This document shows positions 9,160-17,866 of a DNA stretch of 64,000 bases, one piece after another. The stretch's first letter is position 1; every line of letters starts with the position of its first letter. Source of the DNA: a virus (taxonomy: Duplodnaviria; Caudoviricetes); the IMG/VR virus record IMGVR_UViG_3300035505_000313, positions 1-64,000 of that record; one strand, written 5' to 3'. The notes beneath the pieces were generated by a model. That model worked only from the letters and a program-made list of their open reading frames with translations. It was not told where the DNA came from and made no database searches. The position numbers were made by a program, and so were the translations under genes.

Positions 9160-9177
9160 ATAATATATAGATAAAAA
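9160..9177 (-). promoter_or_regulatory. early-type phage promoter
   Basis: TTTTATCTATATATTATT, identical over 18 nt to the motif at ~14779-14796. Confidence 0.65.
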
Positions 9178-9203
9178 TAGCTTTAAAACACATTACTTAC
9201 CTA

Positions 9204-11549
9204 TCATATATTTAGGTGTTTAGCTTTCTCTTGATTCTTAAAGAGAAAGGCTTTCCTCTTATCTGTAGCATTGGAATTTAACATATCTTCCATTGTGCTG
9301 TTAACAGTGTCATTATCATCGACTTGAGCTATCATAATATTTCTTTTTTCTGGGTTCATAGTAGTTTCCCAAAGCTCATCAGCGTCCATTTCACCCAAGC
9401 CTTTTAACCTAACTCTGGACTTAGGTATAGCTATTTCATAGATTCCTGAATAAGCTTCACACAAACTTCCCATGCTGTCACCATTGTCAGTCTTCGTAAT
9501 CACAGTATCAAATGTTACATACTTTAATGTACTTACATAATCAACGAAGTCTTTTGCATACTTTTTAAGTTGCTTTATATCAACTGTAATAAACGAATCC
9601 TTATACAACCCAGATATCTCTGATTTGTCTTTGACTATGAAATCACCTAACTTCTTAACGAAGCTACCGATTTTCTTTGTTGTATCATCTTGAATGTAGA
9701 TTGCTACTTCCTCAATCAGATACCTATTGATACCAAAGTGTTCCTCATAGTATCTTAACCTTTCTGCATACTTACCTAAATCTTTCATAAGTGCAGTTAC
9801 ATTTTTAACATTCTTCTTGTTTACTTTGAAAGTAAACTTCTTCTCGATTACATTATTGATGTAAGAATTGTATTCCTCATCATCCAAGAAGTAATGTCTT
9901 TTCTTGTTAACCAGTATACTGTATAAAGGTGGCATAGCCACTTTAACATGTCCTGCTTCAATGAGACCAGGCATATGATGATAGAAGAATGACAATAACA
10001 AGCAAACAATATGTTTACCATCTGAATCAGCATCAGCCATTATTATAATGGTATGATACTTCAGTTTGCTAATATCAAACTTCTCATCTAAGCAGTCTCT
10101 CTCACCAGTAAGTATGAATGTTAAATCAGCAAATTCCTTGTTAGTGAATATTTTGACAACATCCATATTGTTAGTATTGAGGGGTTTACCCCTTAAGGCA
10201 TATATAGCCTGAAACATCTTATCTCTACAGTCTTTTGCTGTGCCACCCGCTGAGTTTCCCTCGACAATGAATAATTCACGCTCTTCGGGATTTTTACTGT
10301 TACAACCTGCTAACTTAGACAAATCAGAAATGATACCAAGACTACCACTTCCTTTCTTAGTAGTCATTTCCTTTGCTTTCCTAGCAGCTTCAGAAGCTTT
10401 GGCTGAGAGAATAATCTTATTGCAAATCTGTCTAGCTAACTTAGGATTATCTCTAAGCCAATCAGACATTTGTGCATTGACAACTTTCTGCACTGCTCCT
10501 TGCAACTCTGAGTTAGTTACCTTTGCCTTGGTTTGGGAGTCATACAAAGGCTCAGGATGTCTTACAGAAATAGCAGCAATCAATCCATTTCTTACATCAT
10601 CACCAGAAATATCAAGATTCTGGTCTTTCTTAGTAAGAATATTTTCATCAGCAATGTATTTTTTCATAATATTTACGATTGCCAATTTGAAACCAGTTAC
10701 ATGAGTACCATCTTCCGATGTGTATAACGAGTTACAGAAAGATTTTGTGATTTCATTACCCTCTTTCTGCCATGCTAAAGCTATGGTAACTTCAATCTTA
10801 ATTTTCTTCTTTCTCTTAGTAACTTCTATAGAATCAGAAAAAATAACAGGAGTATGAATCAAATTCTTACCTAATGTCGGAACATAGTCTTTTAAGCCAT
10901 TTTTATGGAAATACTCAATAGACTTCTTAGTGTCCAGATTCTTAATGATGTATTTAATTCCACCATTAACATAGGCTTTCATATCCAACTCATTGCCAAG
11001 ATAATTGAAATCAAACTCATGACTTTCCATAATATCTTCATCAGGATAAAACTCAACAGTAGTTCCTTTCAACTTACTTGGTTTACCTTTAGAAAGTTCA
11101 GTAGTCTTAATTCCTTTCTCGAATGTCTGAGTATACTCCTTACCATCTCTGTGTGTGGTTACATTGAAATGGGTACTTAAGCCATTTACAGCTGTAGTAC
11201 CCACACCATTTAGACCACCAGCAACAGAATACTCGTTGTTATTAAACTTACCAGATGAGTGTAATTTAGTAAAAGCCTTTTCAATGGCTTTTGGTGGAAT
11301 ACCACGTCCTTCATCTTTCACTCGGCACATGCCTTTCTTGTTACTCAATTCAACGATAATGGTATCACCAAAGCCATTCATAGCTTCGTCAGTAGAATTA
11401 TCAACAACTTCTTTAACAAGGTGATTATTACCTGCAATGCCTATCTGTCCGATATACATTGTAGGTCTTGTTCTCACATTGTCAGGAAATTCCTTTACTT
11501 CAATACTGTCCTCATTATAATCAGACTTTTTCCTATTCTTTGTTGCCAT
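9204..11549 (-). CDS. gyrB: DNA gyrase / type IIA topoisomerase subunit B
   Basis: VRTRPTMYIG, EVVDNSTDE, GHKL GGLNGVG, TOPRIM IVEGNSAGG and DADSDG, KGLGEM. Confidence 0.96.
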   Translation of the reverse strand: MATKNRKKSDYNEDSIEVKEFPDNVRTRPTMYIGQIGIAGNNHLVKEVVDNSTDEAMNGFGDTIIVELSNKKGMCRVKDEGRGIPPKAIEKAFTKLHSSGKFNNNEYSVAGGLNGVGTTAVNGLSTHFNVTTHRDGKEYTQTFEKGIKTTELSKGKPSKLKGTTVEFYPDEDIMESHEFDFNYLGNELDMKAYVNGGIKYIIKNLDTKKSIEYFHKNGLKDYVPTLGKNLIHTPVIFSDSIEVTKRKKKIKIEVTIALAWQKEGNEITKSFCNSLYTSEDGTHVTGFKLAIVNIMKKYIADENILTKKDQNLDISGDDVRNGLIAAISVRHPEPLYDSQTKAKVTNSELQGAVQKVVNAQMSDWLRDNPKLARQICNKIILSAKASEAARKAKEMTTKKGSGSLGIISDLSKLAGCNSKNPEERELFIVEGNSAGGTAKDCRDKMFQAIYALRGKPLNTNNMDVVKIFTNKEFADLTFILTGERDCLDEKFDISKLKYHTIIIMADADSDGKHIVCLLLSFFYHHMPGLIEAGHVKVAMPPLYSILVNKKRHYFLDDEEYNSYINNVIEKKFTFKVNKKNVKNVTALMKDLGKYAERLRYYEEHFGINRYLIEEVAIYIQDDTTKKIGSFVKKLGDFIVKDKSEISGLYKDSFITVDIKQLKKYAKDFVDYVSTLKYVTFDTVITKTDNGDSMGSLCEAYSGIYEIAIPKSRVRLKGLGEMDADELWETTMNPEKRNIMIAQVDDNDTVNSTMEDMLNSNATDKRKAFLFKNQEKAKHLNI

Positions 11550-11573
11550 AAATCTAATCCTCCTTAACTTTTA

Positions 11574-11585
11574 TATAGGAATGTT
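11574..11585 (-). promoter_or_regulatory. late-type promoter AACA-N6-TA (gyrB)
   Basis: AACA-TTCCTA-TA 25 nt upstream of the start. Confidence 0.6.
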
Positions 11586-11616
11586 CTGAAAAACTTTAGT
11601 TTCCAAATATTTCGTG

Positions 11617-11847
11617 TTATCCAAGAGAATTTTGTTTCCCAAGGGATAACTCCTTCGCAATCACTTTATTAAAGTAATTTTGAATTTTACTCTCATTAGT
11701 GTTGTGGACTGGAAAAATGATTGTCTTCTTTGATGTTGGATTATAGAATTTGTAATGACTGCCATTCTGTCTTACTAACTTATATCCACTGTCCGTTATT
11801 AATTTAATCATTTCTTTCCTCTTGTAACTTTTCTTAATTTGTCCCAT
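11617..11847 (-). CDS. hicA: HicA-family mRNA interferase (no adjacent HicB)
   Basis: 76 aa, basic; GYKLVRQNGSHYKF...IIFPVH matches the HicA GSH and PxH signature. Confidence 0.8.
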   Translation of the reverse strand: MGQIKKSYKRKEMIKLITDSGYKLVRQNGSHYKFYNPTSKKTIIFPVHNTNESKIQNYFNKVIAKELSLGKQNSLG

Positions 11848-11916
11848 ATTAACCTCTTTTCTCCCTCATCTGAAATTCAGTTAGTTTTGTGGACCTCATT
11901 CGTTTTTAGACAAAAT

Positions 11917-11946
11917 GAGAGGTAATGTATTTCTACATTACCTCTC
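11917..11946 (-). terminator. intrinsic terminator
   Basis: GAGAGGTAATGTA/TACATTACCTCTC 13-bp stem. Confidence 0.7.
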
Positions 11947-11950
11947 TATA

Positions 11951-12208
11951 TTATCGTTCTTCCAGTTCATATTCAAGTGTATCTGGCACTGTCTCTATTT
12001 CTTCATTAATACTGCGATATTCAAATGCTGGATAAAGTTTCTTACTCCAACACTTATAATCACAAGTAATATCAGAACAAGCCAATGCAAATCTACCAGT
12101 TTTAGATTCTGCACCAACGTTGTCATCGCTGACCAGCAATCCTCTTCCACACTTAGGGCAAGTACGTTCAATCTTGAACTCTTGCATTGTACTACGGATT
12201 AAAGACAT
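11951..12208 (-). CDS. zinc-ribbon protein
   Basis: CPKCG...CSDITC, resembling a topoisomerase-type C4 Zn ribbon. Confidence 0.6.
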   Translation of the reverse strand: MSLIRSTMQEFKIERTCPKCGRGLLVSDDNVGAESKTGRFALACSDITCDYKCWSKKLYPAFEYRSINEEIETVPDTLEYELEER

Positions 12209-12232
12209 ATTTAACCCTCCTTTGAGTAATAA

Positions 12233-12565
12233 TTATTTGTTGTCTGTTACAACTCCCAAGTGCAAATGGTCATCATAAGTCATTTTGGTGTCTTCTTCAG
12301 GTTCTTTAATAACTTCAGCTACAATCTTAAGGTCAACATCTTCATCACACACTGATGTAACGAAAATTAATTCCATGTTGTCAAGACCAAAAGCTTTTAC
12401 AGTTTCATCATCAAAATCTTCTGGAACTGTAAATTTGATTTCAGTTAAGAAAGAACCGTCTTTATGTCGTACTTCGATGTCTAATTTCAAGTCATTCTGC
12501 GTTGTCTTAATATAATTTGACAGTAACATTCTTAGTTCACTCCTTTTTGTTTTGTTAGTGTTCAA
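12233..12565 (-). CDS. hypothetical protein
   Basis: 110 aa ORF overlapping the stop of the upstream gene. Confidence 0.6.
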   Translation of the reverse strand: MNTNKTKRSELRMLLSNYIKTTQNDLKLDIEVRHKDGSFLTEIKFTVPEDFDDETVKAFGLDNMELIFVTSVCDEDVDLKIVAEVIKEPEEDTKMTYDDHLHLGVVTDNK

Positions 12566-13005
12566 TAGTTATTGGCAAATAGAACCATACGATTCTGTCG
12601 TAATGATTCTTGACAGTCAATAGCTAATTGGTTTGCAGATTGCCTGTACTTAAATTCTGATGTCATCATCCCCTTATCAAACTTCCCAGAAATTAGAACA
12701 TCAATGCAACTTAAATACTCATGATGTTTACATACCTTCCACTTCTCCTTAGTGAAGAGCCAAAATGTTTTATACGGAAACCTAGCTCTCAATAAGGTAA
12801 GCCAAATTGTCAATTCTTCAACTTCATCCGAAGTTAATTCCCAGTTATCATTGATTACTGTAATTCCAGATGAATGTTCGGCTAACCGTACTAGCTTTGA
12901 ATAAATGTCTCCGTTCATTTCATACTCATCATTCTGGTTAAGATTCAAACAAACTCTCTCTCCCAGACCATAAGCATCCTTACATAAAAAAGTTTTGCAA
13001 TGCAT
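12562..13005 (-). CDS. nrdG: NrdG-like anaerobic RNR activase homolog lacking CxxxCxxC
   Basis: DAYGLGERV, FPYKTFWLFT, IDVLISGKF, YRQSANQ align with NrdG (DxxNGPGxR, PxKDIWVWT, VLVDGKF, WRGSSNQ); the Cys triad is absent. Confidence 0.7.
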   Translation of the reverse strand: MHCKTFLCKDAYGLGERVCLNLNQNDEYEMNGDIYSKLVRLAEHSSGITVINDNWELTSDEVEELTIWLTLLRARFPYKTFWLFTKEKWKVCKHHEYLSCIDVLISGKFDKGMMTSEFKYRQSANQLAIDCQESLRQNRMVLFANNY

Positions 13006-13027
13006 GTCGAAGGTCTCCCTTTCTTTT

Positions 13028-13039
13028 TATTAGTTTGTT
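13028..13039 (-). promoter_or_regulatory. late-type promoter AACA-N6-TA
   Basis: AACA-AACTAA-TA 23 nt upstream of the nrdG-like start. Confidence 0.55.
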
Positions 13040-13054
13040 TTTATCTTAGAACGA

Positions 13055-13720
13055 TTATAACTCTTCTTTAATCCTAGCTAATTCTTCTTCAACACTGGAA
13101 TTAATATCATCCAGATATTTCTTAGCTAAATCTTCATCAGCATTGCTTTCCTTAATCATCTCAGCTTCAGCTTTTGCTGATTCTGCCATCTTTGTTGCCT
13201 TTTCTTCCATTTCATCAAATGAAGCAATACTTGATTGGTCATTACCATTTGCAGTAATGTTGTTAATGTGTTCTTGTGTCTTAGCAATGCTTACCTGTGC
13301 ATTGATAATACCTTGACGATTCTCTAAATCCTGAATCTTAAGAAGCAAGTTATCATGCTTGTCCTTCATTTCTCTAGCTGCTTTACTTAAAGATTCAGCT
13401 TGTTCCTCAAATGTCTCCAACATCTTCTCATAAGACTGCTTCTTAGCAATAAGCTTCTTAGCGTCTTCATCCTCTTTTGCCTTAACTGCTCTCTTGATTG
13501 CCTTATTATATAACCTAATAGTTTTCTTGCAATCATCACGTTTTCTGTCAGCAGCTTGGCTGTCAGCTAGTAGATTGGCTGTATCCCTTCTAATAACAAC
13601 CAAATCTGTTTTCAAGTCACGAATGATTTGGTCTACCATCTTAGCAGGGTCTTCTGCTTTCTTAAGAAATGAGTTAATGTTTGCCTTTACAACGTTCTTT
13701 GTTCTTTTTAAAATTCCCAT
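13055..13720 (-). CDS. pspA: PspA/IM30 family protein
   Basis: MGILKRTKNVVKANINSFLKKAEDPAKMVDQIIRDL, long coiled coil, FDEMEEK, C-terminal VEEELARIK. Confidence 0.92.
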   Translation of the reverse strand: MGILKRTKNVVKANINSFLKKAEDPAKMVDQIIRDLKTDLVVIRRDTANLLADSQAADRKRDDCKKTIRLYNKAIKRAVKAKEDEDAKKLIAKKQSYEKMLETFEEQAESLSKAAREMKDKHDNLLLKIQDLENRQGIINAQVSIAKTQEHINNITANGNDQSSIASFDEMEEKATKMAESAKAEAEMIKESNADEDLAKKYLDDINSSVEEELARIKEEL

Positions 13721-13738
13721 GGTTTTATTCTCCTTTTT

Positions 13739-14110
13739 TTACTTTTTAAGATATTTGTTTAATAAGTCATCGTCTACCAAAATTGTATTATGATTAGCAC
13801 TATAATGGTTATAATCATATTTCTTCTTAAATGCGTCTTTGGTAGCACATTTAAGTTTAACTGATGCATCTTTAATAGCATTATCTACTTCATATGAAGT
13901 AACCTTAACTTTATATTTCTTTCTCTTACCAAATGAATCTTTGAGTTCTTGGAATATTACTTTCAATAATATATCACTTTTTCCAGTTGTTAAGGTATAA
14001 ATTATTTCAGCTATTGCCCATATAACTGAAATTATTGCAACTCCTATACATACACCTACAACTATACTTTCAGCAAAGTTCACATTATCACACCCCCTTT
14101 TCATCATCAA
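13739..14110 (-). CDS. single-pass membrane protein (paralog of 14088..14402)
   Basis: N-terminal TM; C-terminal FKKKYDYNHYSANHNTILVDDDLLNKYL. Confidence 0.65.
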   Translation of the reverse strand: MMMKRGCDNVNFAESIVVGVCIGVAIISVIWAIAEIIYTLTTGKSDILLKVIFQELKDSFGKRKKYKVKVTSYEVDNAIKDASVKLKCATKDAFKKKYDYNHYSANHNTILVDDDLLNKYLKK

Positions 14111-14402
14111 TATACTTTAGTAATAAATTATCTCTTACCAAAACACTATTCTCTTTATAAGAAATATAATCATACTTCTGTTCAAAGATACTTTGAGCTT
14201 TGGCAGTGACATTTCCTCTCATGGCTAATTCTCTATCAAATTCGGTAATATAAAAATCATATCCTTTTTTCTTATTTTTAAACATACGAAAAAGTACTAC
14301 AAATATACTGACGTTATTATCAGTCATAATTAAATTAGCGAATTCGATAAGTAAATAAGCCAAAAATACAAGAAGACCAACTTTAAGTATTATAGTTGCC
14401 AA
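14088..14402 (-). CDS. single-pass membrane protein (paralog of 13739..14110)
   Basis: N-terminal TM; C-terminal FEQKYDYISYKENSVLVRDNLLLKYI; start codon uncertain. Confidence 0.6.
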   Translation of the reverse strand: MATIILKVGLLVFLAYLLIEFANLIMTDNNVSIFVVLFRMFKNKKKGYDFYITEFDRELAMRGNVTAKAQSIFEQKYDYISYKENSVLVRDNLLLKYIDDEKGV

Positions 14403-14779
14403 TATCCATCTAATCCTCCTTTCTCATTAATTTCTTAATAATCTCTACTATCAAGAAATCTTCAATGGGTTTTCCACCATTAATGAAATTTATGGCAATA
14501 TGAAATATTTCAATTATTATAATAAAATCCATAATGCCAATAATAGCAAACACTAATTTACCAACTTCTTACTACTTTCCTTAAATTATTAACAGGTTTA
14601 CAGACTTCCGTTTTTAATATCTTCAAATATCATAGCAAAAAGTCTAATAATAAGCATACTTAGAATACCTATAGCTAATATTCCAATTCCTATTGCTAAA
14701 GCTCCTAAAAAGTATAAACCAATATTCAATATTATCATATGCTAATTCCTCCTTTCTGTTATATTTTTAGTACTATTTA

Positions 14780-14796
14780 ATAATATATAGATAAAA
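14780..14796 (-). promoter_or_regulatory. early-type phage promoter
   Basis: TATATTAT motif heading the small-membrane-protein/pspA operon. Confidence 0.6.
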
Positions 14797-14830
14797 GAAA
14801 GGATAATACCATTTTTAGCATTATCCTTTC
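14797..14830 (-). terminator. intrinsic terminator after nrdD
   Basis: GAAAGGATAAT/ATTATCCTTTC. Confidence 0.65.
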
Positions 14831-14837
14831 CATTCTA

Positions 14838-15737
14838 TTATAAGTGAGTTACACGTTGATTAATTTCCTTCGTCTTACCAAAGTTCCAGAAATTCTCACC
14901 TAAATAACCACAAGTTCTACGTACAACTGTTAATTTATCCTTATCTGTGCAACCACATTGAGGACAAACCCATGTTATACCATCTTCTTTAGTTCCTATC
15001 TCTCCTTCATACCCACAATTACCACAACTATCTGATTTAGTATTGAACTCAAAGTACTGAATATTTTCATACCCATACTTGATTAATTCCTCAATAGCTG
15101 ATATATTTTTAGTAAGTGAAGGAAGCTCAATATAAGAAATGCAACCACCAGTAGAAAGTGACTGAAATTGAGATTCAAACTTAAGCTTATCAAAAGCGTT
15201 AATCTCTTCTCTGACGTCAATATGATACGAATTCGTATACCAATCTTTATCAGTTACATTCTCAATGATACCGAATTTCTCTCTATCAATCTTGTTAAAA
15301 CGATAGCATAAAGATTCAGCAGGTGTACCATATAAGGAGAATCCTAAGTCAGCACCACCCTCTTTTGTTTCTCTCCAAGTTTGACATTTGTCTTTCATAT
15401 ATTTCATAACTTTCAATGCAAACTCAGTTCCTTCAGGTTTTGTGTGTGAACAACCTTTCATAAGGTAAGTCATTTCATAAATACCAATGTAACCCAATGA
15501 AAGTGTTGAATAACCACCAGTAAGATAATCATCAATAGTTTCACCAGCTTTTAATCTAGCAATAGCACCATGTTGCCAATGAATAGGTGAAACATCTGAT
15601 AGTGTACCCTTTAGTTGTTCATATCTACAAATTAATGCTTCCTTACAAAGCTCTAATCGCTCATCAAGAAGCTTCCAAAATTTTTCTTCATCACCATTAG
15701 CTATGATAGCAATCTGAGGTAGATTGATTGAGACAAC
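14838..15737 (-). CDS. nrdD: class III (anaerobic) ribonucleotide reductase, exon 3
   Basis: Begins VVSINLP; contains GTPAESL, YTNSYH, CPQCG Zn site and the RRTCGYLG glycyl-radical motif. Confidence 0.93.
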   Translation of the reverse strand, partial: VVSINLPQIAIIANGDEEKFWKLLDERLELCKEALICRYEQLKGTLSDVSPIHWQHGAIARLKAGETIDDYLTGGYSTLSLGYIGIYEMTYLMKGCSHTKPEGTEFALKVMKYMKDKCQTWRETKEGGADLGFSLYGTPAESLCYRFNKIDREKFGIIENVTDKDWYTNSYHIDVREEINAFDKLKFESQFQSLSTGGCISYIELPSLTKNISAIEELIKYGYENIQYFEFNTKSDSCGNCGYEGEIGTKEDGITWVCPQCGCTDKDKLTVVRRTCGYLGENFWNFGKTKEINQRVTHL

Positions 15738-15810
15738 CATAAATACCCTGTCTTTCGACATATTTATCTACCTCAGTAAAGGGATTAGAGTACACCATAA
15801 ACATGTAGTA

Positions 15811-16704
15811 CTACTTCTTTTTACGAATTGGAAAAGTATAACCCTTCTCAAGTAATATATCTTGATGGTATTTTCCTACATTAATATTTACTATTGTCTT
15901 TCTTGGTATACCAAGCCTATCAGCAATTTCTCTATGTAATAACGATGTTGTCTTTAATAATTCTGCTGTTTTTAAAACTTGGTCTTCTGTAAGATGACTA
16001 AAACATTTCTTTCTAATTGGATAATCAATACCATCTAAATGGTATGTATCACCTTCAGAAATTTTCTTAATTGTATTAGGATGACAATTAAATTTATTTG
16101 AAATAGCCTTATAACCCAAATCTGAATTCTGAAGTAAATCTATAATTTCAAATATTTGGTCTTCGCTAAAATTAATTTGCTTATTAAAGCCTTGTTCTCT
16201 AATTGGATAATCAATATCACTATAAAACCAAGTTTCACCGCAATTAATATCACTAATCATTTCTCTAGTACAATTAGGGAATTTCTTAGCAATATCAACC
16301 ATAGATAAATCAGTCTCTTTTAGATATTTTCTAATTTTAGCAACTTGCGTCTTTGTTAATTTAACTGTATGAGTAGTTTTACCTCCCATATTGGAGTTAT
16401 ACCCATCTTCATATGAGTTATATTTTCTAATATAATATACCTCTTTCTTATTTAATTCTTTTTCAGGTATATCATCTTCCAATACTTCCCATTTAAAGTT
16501 TTCAGCTCCTAATTTTCTAATCATCTTATAGAACATAGAAAAATACGTATGGTCATTTTTGTTTAAAGCAGATTTTAAATGTTGAGTTTTCCTAGCTTCT
16601 AAATTATTTAGGGTTTGCCCAATATAAACACCATGAATAATAGTGTCTTCTGCTTTGTAAATTAATCCTTTTCTTATTCTTTCCATAGTTAAATCTACCT
16701 CCAA
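15811..16704 (-). CDS. intron-encoded GIY-YIG homing endonuclease
   Basis: GLIYKAE...VYIGQT, LNKKEVYYIRKYNS, three C-terminal HTH-like repeats; lies between the intron R and S elements. Confidence 0.88.
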   Translation of the reverse strand: MEVDLTMERIRKGLIYKAEDTIIHGVYIGQTLNNLEARKTQHLKSALNKNDHTYFSMFYKMIRKLGAENFKWEVLEDDIPEKELNKKEVYYIRKYNSYEDGYNSNMGGKTTHTVKLTKTQVAKIRKYLKETDLSMVDIAKKFPNCTREMISDINCGETWFYSDIDYPIREQGFNKQINFSEDQIFEIIDLLQNSDLGYKAISNKFNCHPNTIKKISEGDTYHLDGIDYPIRKKCFSHLTEDQVLKTAELLKTTSLLHREIADRLGIPRKTIVNINVGKYHQDILLEKGYTFPIRKKK

Positions 16705-16716
16705 TCAAATTTATTA

Positions 16717-16728
16717 TAATTCTTTGTT
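16717..16728 (-). promoter_or_regulatory. late-type promoter inside the intron driving the endonuclease
   Basis: AACA-AAGAAT-TA 13 nt upstream of the endonuclease ATG. Confidence 0.55.
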
Positions 16729-17010
16729 AGGTAGTTTCAACCGAAGTACTATTTAGTTTGTTCCATTATACTCGTTGAACCTTTTTTGCATTTAAAAATG
16801 CAAAGCTTTGGCTGCTGATTATCCATTGTTACAGTACTTAGGACACCATATTTCTACGATGCTTTTATTTCACCTTATACCATCTTAACTTCTTGTTTCT
16901 GCTTTCGCATCCATACTGTTCTTCGCAGTAGGAGAGTTAAGCTTTAGGAACTCCCAGCATTTTTTGAAACTTTACATCACAATATTTCTATTATGAAGGG
17001 GCATTAGTCT

Positions 17011-17439
17011 ACCCTTATTAAATCTTCCTTCCCATTTGTACTTTCCAATCTCACTTTCAGGTTCATTATAATATTCTACATACTCTTTTGTCTTCTTCCA
17101 AGGACTTAAGAATGAACGACAACCCATACATGAGAATACATTTCCTTCATAAATCTCTTTCATCTTCTTAGAAGAAATGTAATCTGGATAAAGTCTCTTA
17201 GCATTACATTCAGCAGCTAAATGAGTAAGGTAATCATATTTCCCATCATTCATCAAGTTGTTAAATGGATATAATACATAGACTAATTTAGGGAAAGCAG
17301 GTGTAATATATACTCCATACTCATTTTTGATTCCCTCTATACGCTGTCTTAGAACTTCCTCAATGATATCAGCATTTTCTTGGATATATTCATCATCTTC
17401 ATCCACAAGATTAAGGAACAACGTTAAAAATGGGGATTG
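17011..17439 (-). CDS. nrdD: class III ribonucleotide reductase, exon 2
   Basis: QSPFLTLFL...PAFPKL...LYPDY...SCMGCRSFL...GRFNKG; 429 nt, in frame. Confidence 0.92.
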
Positions 17440-17866
17440 CAGCCCCCTGACATATATTTCTATACATCCCTAGACTATCTCTTTACCCTCGTTCACGTTA
17501 GGCATATAGGAGACGAACCCTATACGGAATACTCTAATATTTGTATTCGTAGATGGCACTTCAGCAAAAAGAATTTCACTTTAAGCTTACGAATTTCATA
17601 ATCTTATTTCTAAGACCGTATATTCTAGTCGTTACACCCACTAAGAATTCACACTCTTAGCTTGGCACGATATTAGGCATGACTTAAGGTAATATACTAC
17701 TGACATAATATATCATCTCCCTTCATATTTTACAAAGGGAATATTACCTTAAATTTTAGCCATTCGTCGTTAGCTATTGTATAAATATTATACAATAACA
17801 CCCTATATTTATAGGTTCACCATCTCATACTCTATGATGTTTCCACCATAGACAGCCATTATATTA
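17440..17866 (-). mobile_element. group I intron 1 in nrdD (427 nt, ORF-less)
   Basis: Splicing joins LMTTNG|QSPF; exon ends in U, intron ends in G; R-like GUAACGACUAG and S-like AGAUAGUCUA give P7 GACUA/UAGUC. Confidence 0.88.

Larger units (their letters stand above)
15738..17010 (-). mobile_element. group I intron 2 in nrdD (1273 nt) with homing endonuclease
   Basis: Splicing joins GRFNKG|VVSINLP; 5' exon ends in U, intron ends in G; Q-like AAUCAGCAGCC, R-like GUUCAACGAGUA, P7 GAGUA(16769-73)/UACUC(15788-92). Confidence 0.9.

Noticed and set aside
14380-14420. Programmed frameshift at the start of 14088..14402 (the SD-optimal ATG opens only an 8-codon frame)
   Set aside because: A TTG/ATA start slightly further from the SD or a sequencing error explains it equally well; no slippery site seen.
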